From Candidatus Coatesbacteria bacterium (lineage in GTDB: Bacteria > JAFGND01): 52,955 nt of DNA. Below are positions 30,688 to 40,459 of this stretch, piece by piece. Below the pieces are notes generated by a model. It saw only the letters and a list, made by a program, of their open reading frames with translations, was not told the origin of the DNA and searched no databases. The position numbers and the translations under genes are program-made. Numbering within the stretch: position 1 is the first letter of the stretch; each line of letters begins with the position of its first letter. Where the stretch lies: contig JAFGND010000026.1 of assembly GCA_016927185.1 (NCBI GenBank), forward strand, positions 1-52,955, written 5' to 3'.

Positions 30688-30815
30688 TCTTAAACCTGCT
30701 GCCCAAATCTCAAGAGATAGTCAAGCAAAAACAGTTGTAAGTAATAATTGTATTGACTTAAAAACAAGTATCACAATGGCATGACTTATTGTTCATAAGG
30801 AAATAATAAGTAACC

Positions 30816-31526
30816 ATGAGAAAAAGGCATTCTATTAAACCCAATGAAAGCAGAGGGACGATTTATTTAATTGCAACCCCCATAGGCAATCTTAATGATA
30901 TCTCCTACAGGATGGTACAAGTATTAAAAAAAGTAGATATAGTAGCAGCTGAAGACACAAGAACAGCAAGAAAGCTTTTCCATCACATTGGTTTGCAGAA
31001 TATGCAAATTCGTTCATATTATATTGGTAATGAAGACAGAGAAACAGAAAATCTTATTGATCTAGCAAGACAGGGAATGAATATCGCCCTGATTACAGAA
31101 AGCGGTACACCATGTATAAGTGATCCAGGTTTCCTGCTTGTTAGAGAAGCATGGAAATATGGTATCAAGCTGATTCCCATACCTGGACCATCTGCAGTTC
31201 AATTAGCATTAATAGTAAGCGGTTTCCCATCGAATTCTTACACCTTCTTAGGCTTCTTGCCTTCCAAGAGCACCCAAAGAAGAAAGCTGATTGAGTCGTT
31301 AAGAAATTCAACAATATCAACTGTCGTATTTGAAAGTGTTCATAGAATCCAGGCTACTCTTGGCGATTTTCAGGAAATTCTTCCAGACAGAGAGATTTTC
31401 ATAGCAAGAGAGCTGACAAAGGAATTCGAGACTTTTTATAAAGGGATTGCCATGAACATTCTGGAGGAATTGGTTACAAGAAAAGAGTTAAAAGGGGAAT
31501 TTACATTGGTGATTAAGGGTGCCTAG
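30816..31526 (+). CDS. rsmI: 16S rRNA C1402 2'-O-methyltransferase
   Basis: IATPIGNL.DIS.R, AEDTR, SGTPCISDPG, ARELTK, KGEF. Confidence 0.96.
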   Translation: MRKRHSIKPNESRGTIYLIATPIGNLNDISYRMVQVLKKVDIVAAEDTRTARKLFHHIGLQNMQIRSYYIGNEDRETENLIDLARQGMNIALITESGTPCISDPGFLLVREAWKYGIKLIPIPGPSAVQLALIVSGFPSNSYTFLGFLPSKSTQRRKLIESLRNSTISTVVFESVHRIQATLGDFQEILPDREIFIARELTKEFETFYKGIAMNILEELVTRKELKGEFTLVIKGA

Positions 31527-32151
31527 TTTACTAACTCAATTACTTAAAGAGAAAATTAACAAGATTCTCTCTCCACTCAGTTATATACTTCAAAAAGTTA
31601 AAATTACTCCTAACATGTTATCTTTGTTCGGATTGGTAGTGAATATTATCTCTGCAGTAGCAATACTCAATGGAAAACTTGTGCTAGGTGGTTTCCTGCT
31701 TCTGTTTGCAGGTTTTTTTGATCTGCTTGATGGTGCCATGGCAAGATCTACAAAGCAAACAACCAGATTTGGAGCAATACTTGATTCTACTCTGGATAGA
31801 TATAGTGAATTATTTACCTTATGCGCTTTAACATGGTACTTTTTCATGAAAAACGATGCTTCGCTTTTATTAGCTTGCTTGATTTCCATTGTTGGCAGTT
31901 TGATGATAAGTTATATAAAAGCTAGAGGAGAAGGATTAGGTTTCAATTGCACTGTAGGAATAATGACAAGACCAGAAAGAGTGGTCGTCCTTTTAACCAT
32001 CTTGATTCTGAATTCTCTGCATCCTCAGATTATTTCAATAGGAATCTGGTTTGTTGCAATCGCTTCCAATATAACTGCTATTCACAGGCTTCTTTATTTA
32101 CGGAAACAAGATAAAATCAATACTAAAGATGACAAGGAAAATTCTGCATGA
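31519..32151 (+). CDS. CDP-alcohol phosphatidyltransferase, PI(P)-synthase/archaetidylinositol-P synthase-like clade
   Basis: TPN, DLLDGAMAR...FGAILDSTLDRYSE, SYIKARGEGLG...GIMTRPER. Confidence 0.88.
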   Translation: MPSLLTQLLKEKINKILSPLSYILQKVKITPNMLSLFGLVVNIISAVAILNGKLVLGGFLLLFAGFFDLLDGAMARSTKQTTRFGAILDSTLDRYSELFTLCALTWYFFMKNDASLLLACLISIVGSLMISYIKARGEGLGFNCTVGIMTRPERVVVLLTILILNSLHPQIISIGIWFVAIASNITAIHRLLYLRKQDKINTKDDKENSA

Positions 32152-32777
32152 AGAGAGATCTTTTCATAACTTTTGAAGGAATAGAAGGAAGTGGAAAGAC
32201 AACCCAGGTTCATATTTTGAAAAATAAACTACAGAAAGCTGGTTTTACAGTAGTCCAAACAAGAGAACCTGGAGGAACTCCCCTTGGAGAAAAAATAAGA
32301 CAGTTACTTCTTGATCCCTCAAATACTGATATAAAACCATTAACTGAATTGCTGCTTTATATGGCAAGCAGAGCTCAGCATTACAAGGAGTTGATTGTTC
32401 CTGCCTTAGAAAGAGGTGAAATAGTGATTTCTGATAGATTTCTCGATGCTTCTGTTGCTTATCAGGGAGCTGGAAGGCAAATTAAAATTGAATGGATAAA
32501 AACTCTTAATGATATCTGCCTGGAAGGAAACAAGCCTGATGTAACATTCATTCTTGATCTGGATATTGAAGAGAGCAGGAAAAGGCTTCTCGGTAGGGAT
32601 TTGTTTCCTGACAGATTGGAAAGTGAAGGCAATACTTTTTTCCATCTTGTCAGGGAATACTATCTTGATCTTGCAACATCTGGAGAAAAAAGATTCAAGC
32701 TTATAAATGCTTCAAAAAATATGGATTTGGTTTCAGAAGAAATATGGGATATTATAAAGGGATATATAAATGTCTAA
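32148..32777 (+). CDS. tmk: Thymidylate kinase
   Basis: FEGIEGSGKTT, TREPGG, DRF.DAS.AYQG. Confidence 0.97.
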   Translation: MKRDLFITFEGIEGSGKTTQVHILKNKLQKAGFTVVQTREPGGTPLGEKIRQLLLDPSNTDIKPLTELLLYMASRAQHYKELIVPALERGEIVISDRFLDASVAYQGAGRQIKIEWIKTLNDICLEGNKPDVTFILDLDIEESRKRLLGRDLFPDRLESEGNTFFHLVREYYLDLATSGEKRFKLINASKNMDLVSEEIWDIIKGYINV

Positions 32778-33771
32778 ATTCTGTATAATAGGAGCAGGAA
32801 GCTGGGCAACTGCACTGGCTATTGCACTACTTGATAACAATCATGAAATTACACTATGGGAATTCAGAAAGGATTATTGCAGGTTCTTGCAGCAAAACAG
32901 AATACATCCGCAAATACTTCCAGGGATAATAATCCCGGAGAAAATCGAGATTTTAGATAATCTTGAGCTTGCTGTAAAAAACAAAGACATATTGATTATC
33001 TGCACCCCATCTCATTCTGTTCAGGAAGTATTGAAACAAGTAAAAAAACTCTATAATAATCAACCTTTGATATGTGCAACAAAAGGTTTATCAGAGACTG
33101 ATGCTTTAAGAATGAGTGAAGTTGCAGCAAAAATCCTGGGAGATGGAATTCTCGATTACTATATAGTGCTCTCCGGTCCATCTCATGCTGAGGAAGTAGC
33201 AGTAAGAATTCCAACAGCTGTTGTTATAGCAGGAAAGAATAATTCACTTTTATTAGATATACAGAAGAAAATCATGACGAATTTTTTAAGGATTTATACA
33301 AGTAATGATTTGACTGGAGTAGAACTGGCTGGTTCTTTGAAGAATATTATAGCACTTGCTTCTGGCATACTAGATGGTCTAAAATTGGGAGATAATACCA
33401 AAGGAGCATTAATGACAAGAGGATTGGCAGAGATATCAAGGCTCGGTTGCTCTATGGGTGCTAATCCTTTGACTTTTGCAGGTCTAGCTGGAATAGGAGA
33501 TTTGATAACAACATGCATTTCAAAGCATTCTAGAAACAGGAATGCAGGAGAAAGGATAGGAAGAGGGGAAAAACTGAGTGAGATAATTGCATCCAGCATA
33601 ATGGTAATAGAAGGAGTCAGAACAACAAAAGCAGCTCGAATTCTTTCTATAAAAGCAGACATCGAAATGCCTATTGCTGATATGATGCATAGGGTCTTAT
33701 TCGAGGATTTATCTCCGGGAAAAGCAATCTCAGAATTGATGACCAGAGCTGCTAAGCCCGAATGGGATTAG
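32770..33771 (+). CDS. gpsA: NAD(P)H-dependent glycerol-3-phosphate dehydrogenase
   Basis: GAGSWATA, SGPSHAEEV, LKNIIA, GDLITTC.S.HSRN. Confidence 0.97.
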   Translation: MSKFCIIGAGSWATALAIALLDNNHEITLWEFRKDYCRFLQQNRIHPQILPGIIIPEKIEILDNLELAVKNKDILIICTPSHSVQEVLKQVKKLYNNQPLICATKGLSETDALRMSEVAAKILGDGILDYYIVLSGPSHAEEVAVRIPTAVVIAGKNNSLLLDIQKKIMTNFLRIYTSNDLTGVELAGSLKNIIALASGILDGLKLGDNTKGALMTRGLAEISRLGCSMGANPLTFAGLAGIGDLITTCISKHSRNRNAGERIGRGEKLSEIIASSIMVIEGVRTTKAARILSIKADIEMPIADMMHRVLFEDLSPGKAISELMTRAAKPEWD

Positions 33772-33786
33772 CATACTGATATTTTT

Positions 33787-35478
33787 TTATAATTGTTCAG
33801 CCCCACATTTTGGACAGTATTTTGCAGCTCTCGGGATTTGAGCACCGCACTTTCTGCAAAACTTAAATCTTTTCTCGGTTTTTGTATTTGAAGAACTATT
33901 ATCAGTAACATTAGTTTGATTCTTATTAACAGGTTGTTTAGGTTCTACTTTCTTTATCTTCTTTTCCTTGTCTTTGCTTGGCTCATCTTTATTGGTGCCA
34001 TTTTCAATTTTAGTTGTATCAACTGGCTCAGCAGGTTTTTCCCCGATTTCAAGTTTTGCAAATTTCAATTTGAAAGTATCAGACAGTTTATAAATATGTA
34101 TCTGAGATGAACCTCCATATATAATGAAAAGCATTATTACGATTACAACAATGAAAAGAAAACCTACTATATATGCTATCTTATTTCTCTTTTTGGGTGA
34201 AAACTCTTCAAAATCCTCCTTCTCTTGTTGAAGAGTTTTGGCTTTTTCCTCTTCTGGAACAAATGCTTCTGTATCTCTTTCCTCAATTTCCTTTGATTTT
34301 CTATCATCAATTACTTCGGAAATTAGACCGGGAGTGCTTGGAGTCTTTACTCGATTAGAATCATCTATTGCCTCAACAGCTTCTGTTTTGACTATATCCT
34401 GTTCTTCATTTTCTGAAATAACATCTGCTTCTTTCTTCATTCCAGAACTTGGTCTTTTAGGAGCTACCTGCTCTTCTGCATTCTTTGCTGCTATCTCCTT
34501 AATATCACTTTTTATCTCACCAGAAATCCTTGACAAGTTAATCCCGCTTTTATTTATTTCTTCCAGTATTTCCATGGCATCGGAAAACCTTTCTGCAGGT
34601 TCTTTTGCCATACATTTGATTATGATATCTTCTAACCATTCAGGAACATCATTATTAATTGACCTGGGGGAAGCCGGAGGTTCGAAAACATGCTTATAAT
34701 ATATTGTGGAGGTATCTCCAGAGAAAGGTACATCTCCAGTTGCCATTTCATAGAGAATAACACCAAATGAATATAAATCAGCTCTTTTATCAATTGGCAA
34801 TCCTCTTATCTGCTCTGGTGACATATAATGTGGAGTACCGATCATAGTTCCGCTTGCAGTAAGATTGGTTCCCTCAGTAGCTCTTGCTACCCCAAAATCC
34901 ATTACTATAGCTTTTGCTTCAGTATCAATCATTATGTTAGAAGGTTTCAAATCCCTGTGAACAAGTTTCTTCTCCATATTATGCGCATATGAAAGAGCTA
35001 CTGCTACCTGCTTTATCAAGTAACACAATTTCGGTATGGTAAGCTTCTTGCTGACTTTGTATGCTTTCAGAGTAATCCCATGTATGTATTCCATGCTGAA
35101 AAAATGAATATTATTAATATTGAAAATTCCGAAAATGTTAATAACATTCGGATGTTTCAGCTGAGCCTGTAGTTTTGCTTCCCTGTGAAATCTTGAGATA
35201 TAATCAGGATTATAAGAATATTGTTCTGGAAGGAATTTCAGAGCAATATCACGTTCAAGAGAAATTTCTGTTGCCAGATATACAACAGCCATCCCTCCCC
35301 TTCCAATCTCTCTTTTTATTGCAAACTGATCCTTTAATGTGGTCTTTATTCTTTCTTCAAAATTGTAGAACTGGGCATTACTTATGCTGTCAGTATCACT
35401 TAATGCTAAAGCAGAACCACATCTGTTGCAGAACTTGAAATTATCAGGATTCTCCTGCCCGCATCTTCCGCAAAACAT
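33787..35478 (-). CDS. Hanks-type Ser/Thr kinase with N-terminal zinc ribbon, TM helix and C-terminal zinc ribbon
   Basis: GRGGMAVVY, IALK, HRDLKPSN, DFG, GTPHYMSPEQ; CGRC...CNRC at the N-terminus; CRKC...CPKC at the C-terminus. Confidence 0.93.
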   Translation of the reverse strand: MFCGRCGQENPDNFKFCNRCGSALALSDTDSISNAQFYNFEERIKTTLKDQFAIKREIGRGGMAVVYLATEISLERDIALKFLPEQYSYNPDYISRFHREAKLQAQLKHPNVINIFGIFNINNIHFFSMEYIHGITLKAYKVSKKLTIPKLCYLIKQVAVALSYAHNMEKKLVHRDLKPSNIMIDTEAKAIVMDFGVARATEGTNLTASGTMIGTPHYMSPEQIRGLPIDKRADLYSFGVILYEMATGDVPFSGDTSTIYYKHVFEPPASPRSINNDVPEWLEDIIIKCMAKEPAERFSDAMEILEEINKSGINLSRISGEIKSDIKEIAAKNAEEQVAPKRPSSGMKKEADVISENEEQDIVKTEAVEAIDDSNRVKTPSTPGLISEVIDDRKSKEIEERDTEAFVPEEEKAKTLQQEKEDFEEFSPKKRNKIAYIVGFLFIVVIVIMLFIIYGGSSQIHIYKLSDTFKLKFAKLEIGEKPAEPVDTTKIENGTNKDEPSKDKEKKIKKVEPKQPVNKNQTNVTDNSSSNTKTEKRFKFCRKCGAQIPRAAKYCPKCGAEQL

Positions 35479-35608
35479 TTTCTATATATTCATTTCCATT
35501 TAATTGTTTTAGATTCACCTTTAAGTTCACAAGCTATTTACTCAAAAAATGTCAATCTAAAAAAACTTGACCATTTAATAAGTGTTCCAATCTTTGTTTC
35601 TTCTTAAT

Positions 35609-36682
35609 ATGTTGAAGAAAACAATTCCTCTGCTTTTAATTATATTGTTTAATCACTCCTGCACAAATATAAAGAAAAGCGATTTTCAAAATATTATCAA
35701 GAATCTTAATCCAATATTGAAAAATATCTCTCAGGATAGCCCTCAGTATGATGAAGATATTTCTTTACCAGAGTTGAATGTAAAAACAATCCCATATGAA
35801 CTGGTATTGGAAAACAGGAAACTTGAAAAACTCAAAGATTTTGCAGACAATGATTCTGTACTTGATATAAAATGGAAAATGCTGAATGACATCAACAATT
35901 CAAGAAAAAAATATAAATTGAAACCTTTAAAACTTAATATTTTAGCTTGTCGCGTTGCCAATATGCATTGCAAAGATATGGTTAATAAAAAGTATTTTTC
36001 CCATTATAGCAAGAATGGATTAAAACCTTATCATAGATGGGGATTGAATGGAGGACTGGATCATATCAGCGAAAATCTGCATTCAAGAGTGCAGAATGTT
36101 CCTTTGCTTACATCGCTTGCTAATATACTATATTACATGAGAACAGGGCACAAGCGTTTTATGGATGAAAAACCTCCTAATGATGGTCACCGAAAAGAAA
36201 TCCTGAACAGCAATCATACTCATGCAGGAATTGGATTTGCAATAAAAGAAAAAGAGTTCAGATATTCAGAATTATATGTTGATAAGTATTTAGAAATAAA
36301 TCCCAATCCCAGTTTCATTCCTCCGGGAAGGATAACAATCAGGGGAAAAGTACTAGAACCTGAGAAATATGGACTATTCCTGGCAGTTGCTTATTATGAC
36401 AAGAAAAACATCTCCCTTCCTGAAAATGTAAGAAATAGCCCCTATCCAGATTTCAGTGAGGTCAAATTAACACAAGTTCCACCATGGAAACTAAAATATG
36501 ATACTATAACAGGAAATTTCGTACTACCTATTACATTCAAGGGAAAAAAATCTGGATATGCATATATACAAATATTCGTGAAAGAAAATCCGAATAAAAT
36601 ACCATATAAACCTGAAAGAACAGTCCAAATAAGCAGTAAGAATTCAATTTGTGCTGGTGGAGTAATAGTAGAATTACCTTAA
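35609..36682 (+). CDS. CAP (SCP/YkwD) domain lipoprotein with C-terminal extension
   Basis: Lipobox-like NHSC; INNSR...HCKDM...YFSH...SENL...GHRKEILN...GIG; ATG 35609 preferred over GTG 35582. Confidence 0.8.
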   Translation: MLKKTIPLLLIILFNHSCTNIKKSDFQNIIKNLNPILKNISQDSPQYDEDISLPELNVKTIPYELVLENRKLEKLKDFADNDSVLDIKWKMLNDINNSRKKYKLKPLKLNILACRVANMHCKDMVNKKYFSHYSKNGLKPYHRWGLNGGLDHISENLHSRVQNVPLLTSLANILYYMRTGHKRFMDEKPPNDGHRKEILNSNHTHAGIGFAIKEKEFRYSELYVDKYLEINPNPSFIPPGRITIRGKVLEPEKYGLFLAVAYYDKKNISLPENVRNSPYPDFSEVKLTQVPPWKLKYDTITGNFVLPITFKGKKSGYAYIQIFVKENPNKIPYKPERTVQISSKNSICAGGVIVELP

Positions 36683-37356
36683 TAAGCACCTTTTGCAGTT
36701 ATAACCATGAAAATTGTTTTTATAATAATTAATATATCATACCAGAAGCTCCTGTTCTGTACATAATAAACATCTTTCAGAATTCTCTGCTCGTAACTGC
36801 TATCATTTCTACCTGTTATCTGCCAGTAACCTGTAACGCCTGGTTTTACTTTCAAGACATATTTCTTGTAAATTCCATATCTATGAATTTCCTTAACAAG
36901 TTTTGGTCTAGGACCTACTATACTCATCTCACCTTTCAAGACATTTATTATTTGAGGGATCTCATCAAGTGATGTTTTTCTTAAAAACCTTCCTAGTTTT
37001 GTTAATCTGGGATCTTCCTTCAACTTGGCATTTTCATAGAATTGCTGGCTTAAATCCTTGTCTTTTTTAAGTATCAAATCTGCTTCTTCAACCATGGTTC
37101 TGAATTTAAGCATCTCAAAAAAGCGTTTTTCATCATACCATCTTTTTGATTTGAATATCACTTTGCCAGGAGAATCCCATTTTATTGCTATAGATATAAT
37201 AATAAAAAAAAGTGGAAAAAAAAGCATTCCTGTTAATGCTATTATTATATCTAATACTCTTTTCATGAAATCATAATATGGCCTGTTTCTTAAGCTATTC
37301 TTCAGCAGGTTTTTGTCTATATCTGACTCATGAAGAATCTTCTTGAATTCGTACAT
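36679..37356 (-). CDS. Monotopic phosphoglycosyl transferase (Bac_transf; WbaP/PglC-like catalytic domain)
   Basis: KRVLDI, KFRTM, DPRLT, SLDEIPQ..NVLKGEMSIVGPRP, KPGVTG.WQ. Confidence 0.93.
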   Translation of the reverse strand: MYEFKKILHESDIDKNLLKNSLRNRPYYDFMKRVLDIIIALTGMLFFPLFFIIISIAIKWDSPGKVIFKSKRWYDEKRFFEMLKFRTMVEEADLILKKDKDLSQQFYENAKLKEDPRLTKLGRFLRKTSLDEIPQIINVLKGEMSIVGPRPKLVKEIHRYGIYKKYVLKVKPGVTGYWQITGRNDSSYEQRILKDVYYVQNRSFWYDILIIIKTIFMVITAKGAY

Positions 37357-37363
37357 GAGAAAA

Positions 37364-38026
37364 CTATTCTGATAACTCGCTTAAAACTTCTTTAGCTGCA
37401 GATAATCCTATTCTAGTTGCCCCAGCTTCAATAAGTTCTAGTACTTGCTTGAGAGTCTTGATACCTGCACTTGCTTTAATATCCATAGATTTCCCGACAG
37501 AAGATCTAATTATCTTTACATCCTCTACAGTTACACCTCTCCCTATAAAACCGGTGCAGGTTTTAACAAAATCAGCACCTCCGTCACTAACTAATCTTGC
37601 TGCTTCCGCAATCTCTTCTACTGACAAAAGACCAGTTTCTATTATGACTTTAAGAATAATATCTCCTGGAAGCAAATTCTTTATTCTTCTAATCTCTGCT
37701 TCAGCTTCCTTCTTTTTGCCACTTTTAAAATAATTCAAATTCAATACAATGTCTAATTCGTCTATTTCGAATTTTAATGCATATGCAATCTCAGATTCTT
37801 TAACATTCATTGGCATGCTTCCAAAAGGGAATCCTGCAACAGTAACCAGTTTAACATTTGATTTCTTAATAATAGGACTTACTATCGGAAGGGCAATAAG
37901 ATGAACACATGCTCCTTTCACATTCATTTCAACAGCTTCTGATGCAAATTTCCTTAGAATTTCATCGGTTGCATCAGGTTTCAATATTGTATAATCAAAG
38001 AACTTTACTAAATCATCTCTTTTCAT
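37364..38026 (-). CDS. deoC: Deoxyribose-phosphate aldolase
   Basis: T.LKP, GFPFG, ELDIV, LKVIIET, ADFVKTCTGF, KAS.GI, GATRIG. Confidence 0.93.
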   Translation of the reverse strand: MKRDDLVKFFDYTILKPDATDEILRKFASEAVEMNVKGACVHLIALPIVSPIIKKSNVKLVTVAGFPFGSMPMNVKESEIAYALKFEIDELDIVLNLNYFKSGKKKEAEAEIRRIKNLLPGDIILKVIIETGLLSVEEIAEAARLVSDGGADFVKTCTGFIGRGVTVEDVKIIRSSVGKSMDIKASAGIKTLKQVLELIEAGATRIGLSAAKEVLSELSE

Positions 38027-38035
38027 TTCTGCTCC

Positions 38036-38506
38036 TTATTTGATATTGTATCTCAATAAATCTGCTATTTTATGCAACCTTTTTTTACAGGATGGTTTAT
38101 CTGACATATATCCAAGTATATATGAATTGAAAACATCCACATCTTTTACAAATTCCGATAACCTATCATCATCTTCAACATCTTTGTTGCTATGATTAAA
38201 GATGGCGTATGAAATCTTTGATAAATCTTCCTCCTTGATTTTATCAAAAAGGATCTCTTTTATCAATATGGAACCAGTTTCAGCATGGTTTTCGTTTTTG
38301 CATGTCATTATTCGACCAATATCATGAAACAAACATGTGATTTGAGAAATTTCATCATCCAAATCATATTTATCAGAAAGTATTCTTGCTAGCATGCATG
38401 CATTTATTGCATGAACCAGCTCAAAGGCTGGAGGGAAAGCAGTTCCAACATCATTACTATGTTCTTTCCATATATTCAAAAAAATGTTTAAAATATCTTC
38501 TTGCAT
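38036..38506 (-). CDS. HD-domain phosphohydrolase
   Basis: H...FHDIGR...NHAETG...NHS...KDVD. Confidence 0.82.
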   Translation of the reverse strand: MQEDILNIFLNIWKEHSNDVGTAFPPAFELVHAINACMLARILSDKYDLDDEISQITCLFHDIGRIMTCKNENHAETGSILIKEILFDKIKEEDLSKISYAIFNHSNKDVEDDDRLSEFVKDVDVFNSYILGYMSDKPSCKKRLHKIADLLRYNIK

Positions 38507-38544
38507 TTTTTCTTCATGATAAAATCCAAACTCTGATTTTGAAT

Positions 38545-39567
38545 ATGCATTCGATGGTCAAGGATTTTTCAAACCCAGCAGCTATTCTTTTTTTTGGAGC
38601 AGGTGCTGGAAACTTTATTATGACTACATCGATGATAGATTCACTGAAGGAAATATATGATCTTCATATTTTCTTCAAACAAGAACACGTATATAATCTG
38701 GCTTCTATTCATTATGACAATATCCATAGATTTTCACTGGGAAAAACATTTGACTTGAAAGATTTTCTAGTAATCAGAAAAAAAATTCGAACAATAAATG
38801 CAAAAGTATTCATAACAACTTTTCAAGATCCCAGAAGGATTCTCCTTCTCTATGCTTATAGTGCATTCATTCCTAGAATAGTCTCTGGTTACGACCACTA
38901 TAATAGAGTAAAAAATGAGAAAACACCATCTCATGAACTGGATAGGTATAACTGGGTTCTTAAAGATCTTGATATTACTATAAAAAAACAAGTGCCAAAT
39001 ATCTCAAACTGGAACTGGGAAAAATTTGAATGGAAATTCAACTTCCCAATGGAAGATTCTATAATTTTTCATATTGGACCATCTGCCGAGGAAGCTAATA
39101 TTTCAAAAAATATCCCTCCTGATCTTATAGTCAGTATAATAAATGAGATACCTGCTGATGTAAGGGAAAAAGTGATAATAGGCATAGGAAGCTCCCATGA
39201 AAAAAAGATAGTGCAAGAAGTAAAGACAAAGACAGGTTCAAAAATCAATACACTTTCTGGTATGCTTAACATATCACAATTGTGTTATTTGATAAGCAAA
39301 TCAAGATTGATTGTAACAAGTGATTCAGCTCCTATGCATTTTGCATTAGCATTGCAGAAAAAGGTATTAGCTCTTTTCGGACCTACAGACTATAGAGTAA
39401 CAGGTCCATATGGCAGCAGGAATAATTACTTAGTTCTGACTTCAAATATGAATTGCAGTCCTTGTGCAAAATATGGGCGTATTAGTTGCAAGGAAAACGC
39501 TAAATGTATGGAAGCATTCGATAAAAATGAGGTTTTAAAGTCCTTCTTTAACCTTCTTGATCGTTGA
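38545..39567 (+). CDS. Glycosyltransferase family 9 (heptosyltransferase-like)
   Basis: DSAPMHFA.AL...ALFGPT and CSPC...C...CM motif; start placed at ATG 38545 (or 38554) to avoid overlap with the HD gene. Confidence 0.85.
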   Translation: MHSMVKDFSNPAAILFFGAGAGNFIMTTSMIDSLKEIYDLHIFFKQEHVYNLASIHYDNIHRFSLGKTFDLKDFLVIRKKIRTINAKVFITTFQDPRRILLLYAYSAFIPRIVSGYDHYNRVKNEKTPSHELDRYNWVLKDLDITIKKQVPNISNWNWEKFEWKFNFPMEDSIIFHIGPSAEEANISKNIPPDLIVSIINEIPADVREKVIIGIGSSHEKKIVQEVKTKTGSKINTLSGMLNISQLCYLISKSRLIVTSDSAPMHFALALQKKVLALFGPTDYRVTGPYGSRNNYLVLTSNMNCSPCAKYGRISCKENAKCMEAFDKNEVLKSFFNLLDR

Positions 39568-40459
39568 CAAGGCATTTCATAGAGCCAGATAAGTCAAATT
39601 CAAGATCATAATTCAGAATATTTTCTAAGAGAGCAGGCAGATTTTTGAATATCTCTTTTCTAAGTGTTTTATAATCATGAACATATGGAATGCAGGGAAG
39701 CATTCGCTGCAACGTCTCCGTCAATCTCAGCTTGTTTTTCCTGTTTTGCCTTGATTGAACAAGAGAAAATGATGCTGAGAGTGGAAAATCCCTTAGTGAA
39801 TTTTTTCTTGAAAAATCCTTTCTCCTTTCTCCAGATATATATGGAACAGAGCAGACCCTGATTGTGTTGCCTTGAGGTAAGATCATATTCATCTCATCAC
39901 TCATCAATTCGAAATCATCCAACATCGCACTAGCTGTACTTTTACCTGCACCTGAAGGTCCATACAACAAATAGGATTTCTCATCTTTTGCAACTCCAAG
40001 AGAATGGATAAGAAAACCTCCATTCTGATTTGCAAGCCAGGCTCCTGAAATCTGAAGTATATTCTGCAAAGTAACATCCCAGAGATTCTTATCTATTAAA
40101 TTCAATAAAAAAATCCCTTTATTCCCTTTTACTCCACCGCAGAAAAACTGAGAAGATATCAAATATCTTTCATTCAATTCAAATCCCTTATATCCCATTT
40201 TTTCATTTTCTTTCGGTAAAGCAAGGAAGAATTCTTCGTTAAAAGTTTTTTCAATAATTATCAGCTCCAGATCTGCTGGTTTTTGTTCATAAATGAAATC
40301 ACTATAATATTTTTCAGCAACTTCTAAGAAAAATGATTTCATACCAACAAGCTTTATGAAGAAATCCCCTGTCCTTATTGTAATACTGTTTGAGTTTTCT
40401 ACCCCAATAGAATCACTGTTAATTAAACTATCCAGTTTAAAGAAAATATCTTTATTCAT
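39548..40459 (-). CDS. HPr kinase-related P-loop protein (ScmC-like)
   Basis: GFLIHS.GV...LLYGPSGAGKST...LMSDE...PY.SGE. Confidence 0.7.
   Translation of the reverse strand: MNKDIFFKLDSLINSDSIGVENSNSITIRTGDFFIKLVGMKSFFLEVAEKYYSDFIYEQKPADLELIIIEKTFNEEFFLALPKENEKMGYKGFELNERYLISSQFFCGGVKGNKGIFLLNLIDKNLWDVTLQNILQISGAWLANQNGGFLIHSLGVAKDEKSYLLYGPSGAGKSTASAMLDDFELMSDEMNMILPQGNTIRVCSVPYISGERRKDFSRKNSLRDFPLSASFSLVQSRQNRKNKLRLTETLQRMLPCIPYVHDYKTLRKEIFKNLPALLENILNYDLEFDLSGSMKCLVNDQEG

Noticed and set aside
38386-38544. Long N-terminal extension of the GT9 ORF (likewise tldD 28490-28603 and pmbA 27124-27141)
   Set aside because: These are ORF-caller extensions overlapping other genes or promoter regions; downstream ATGs fit the family N-termini and, for tldD and pmbA, SD sites
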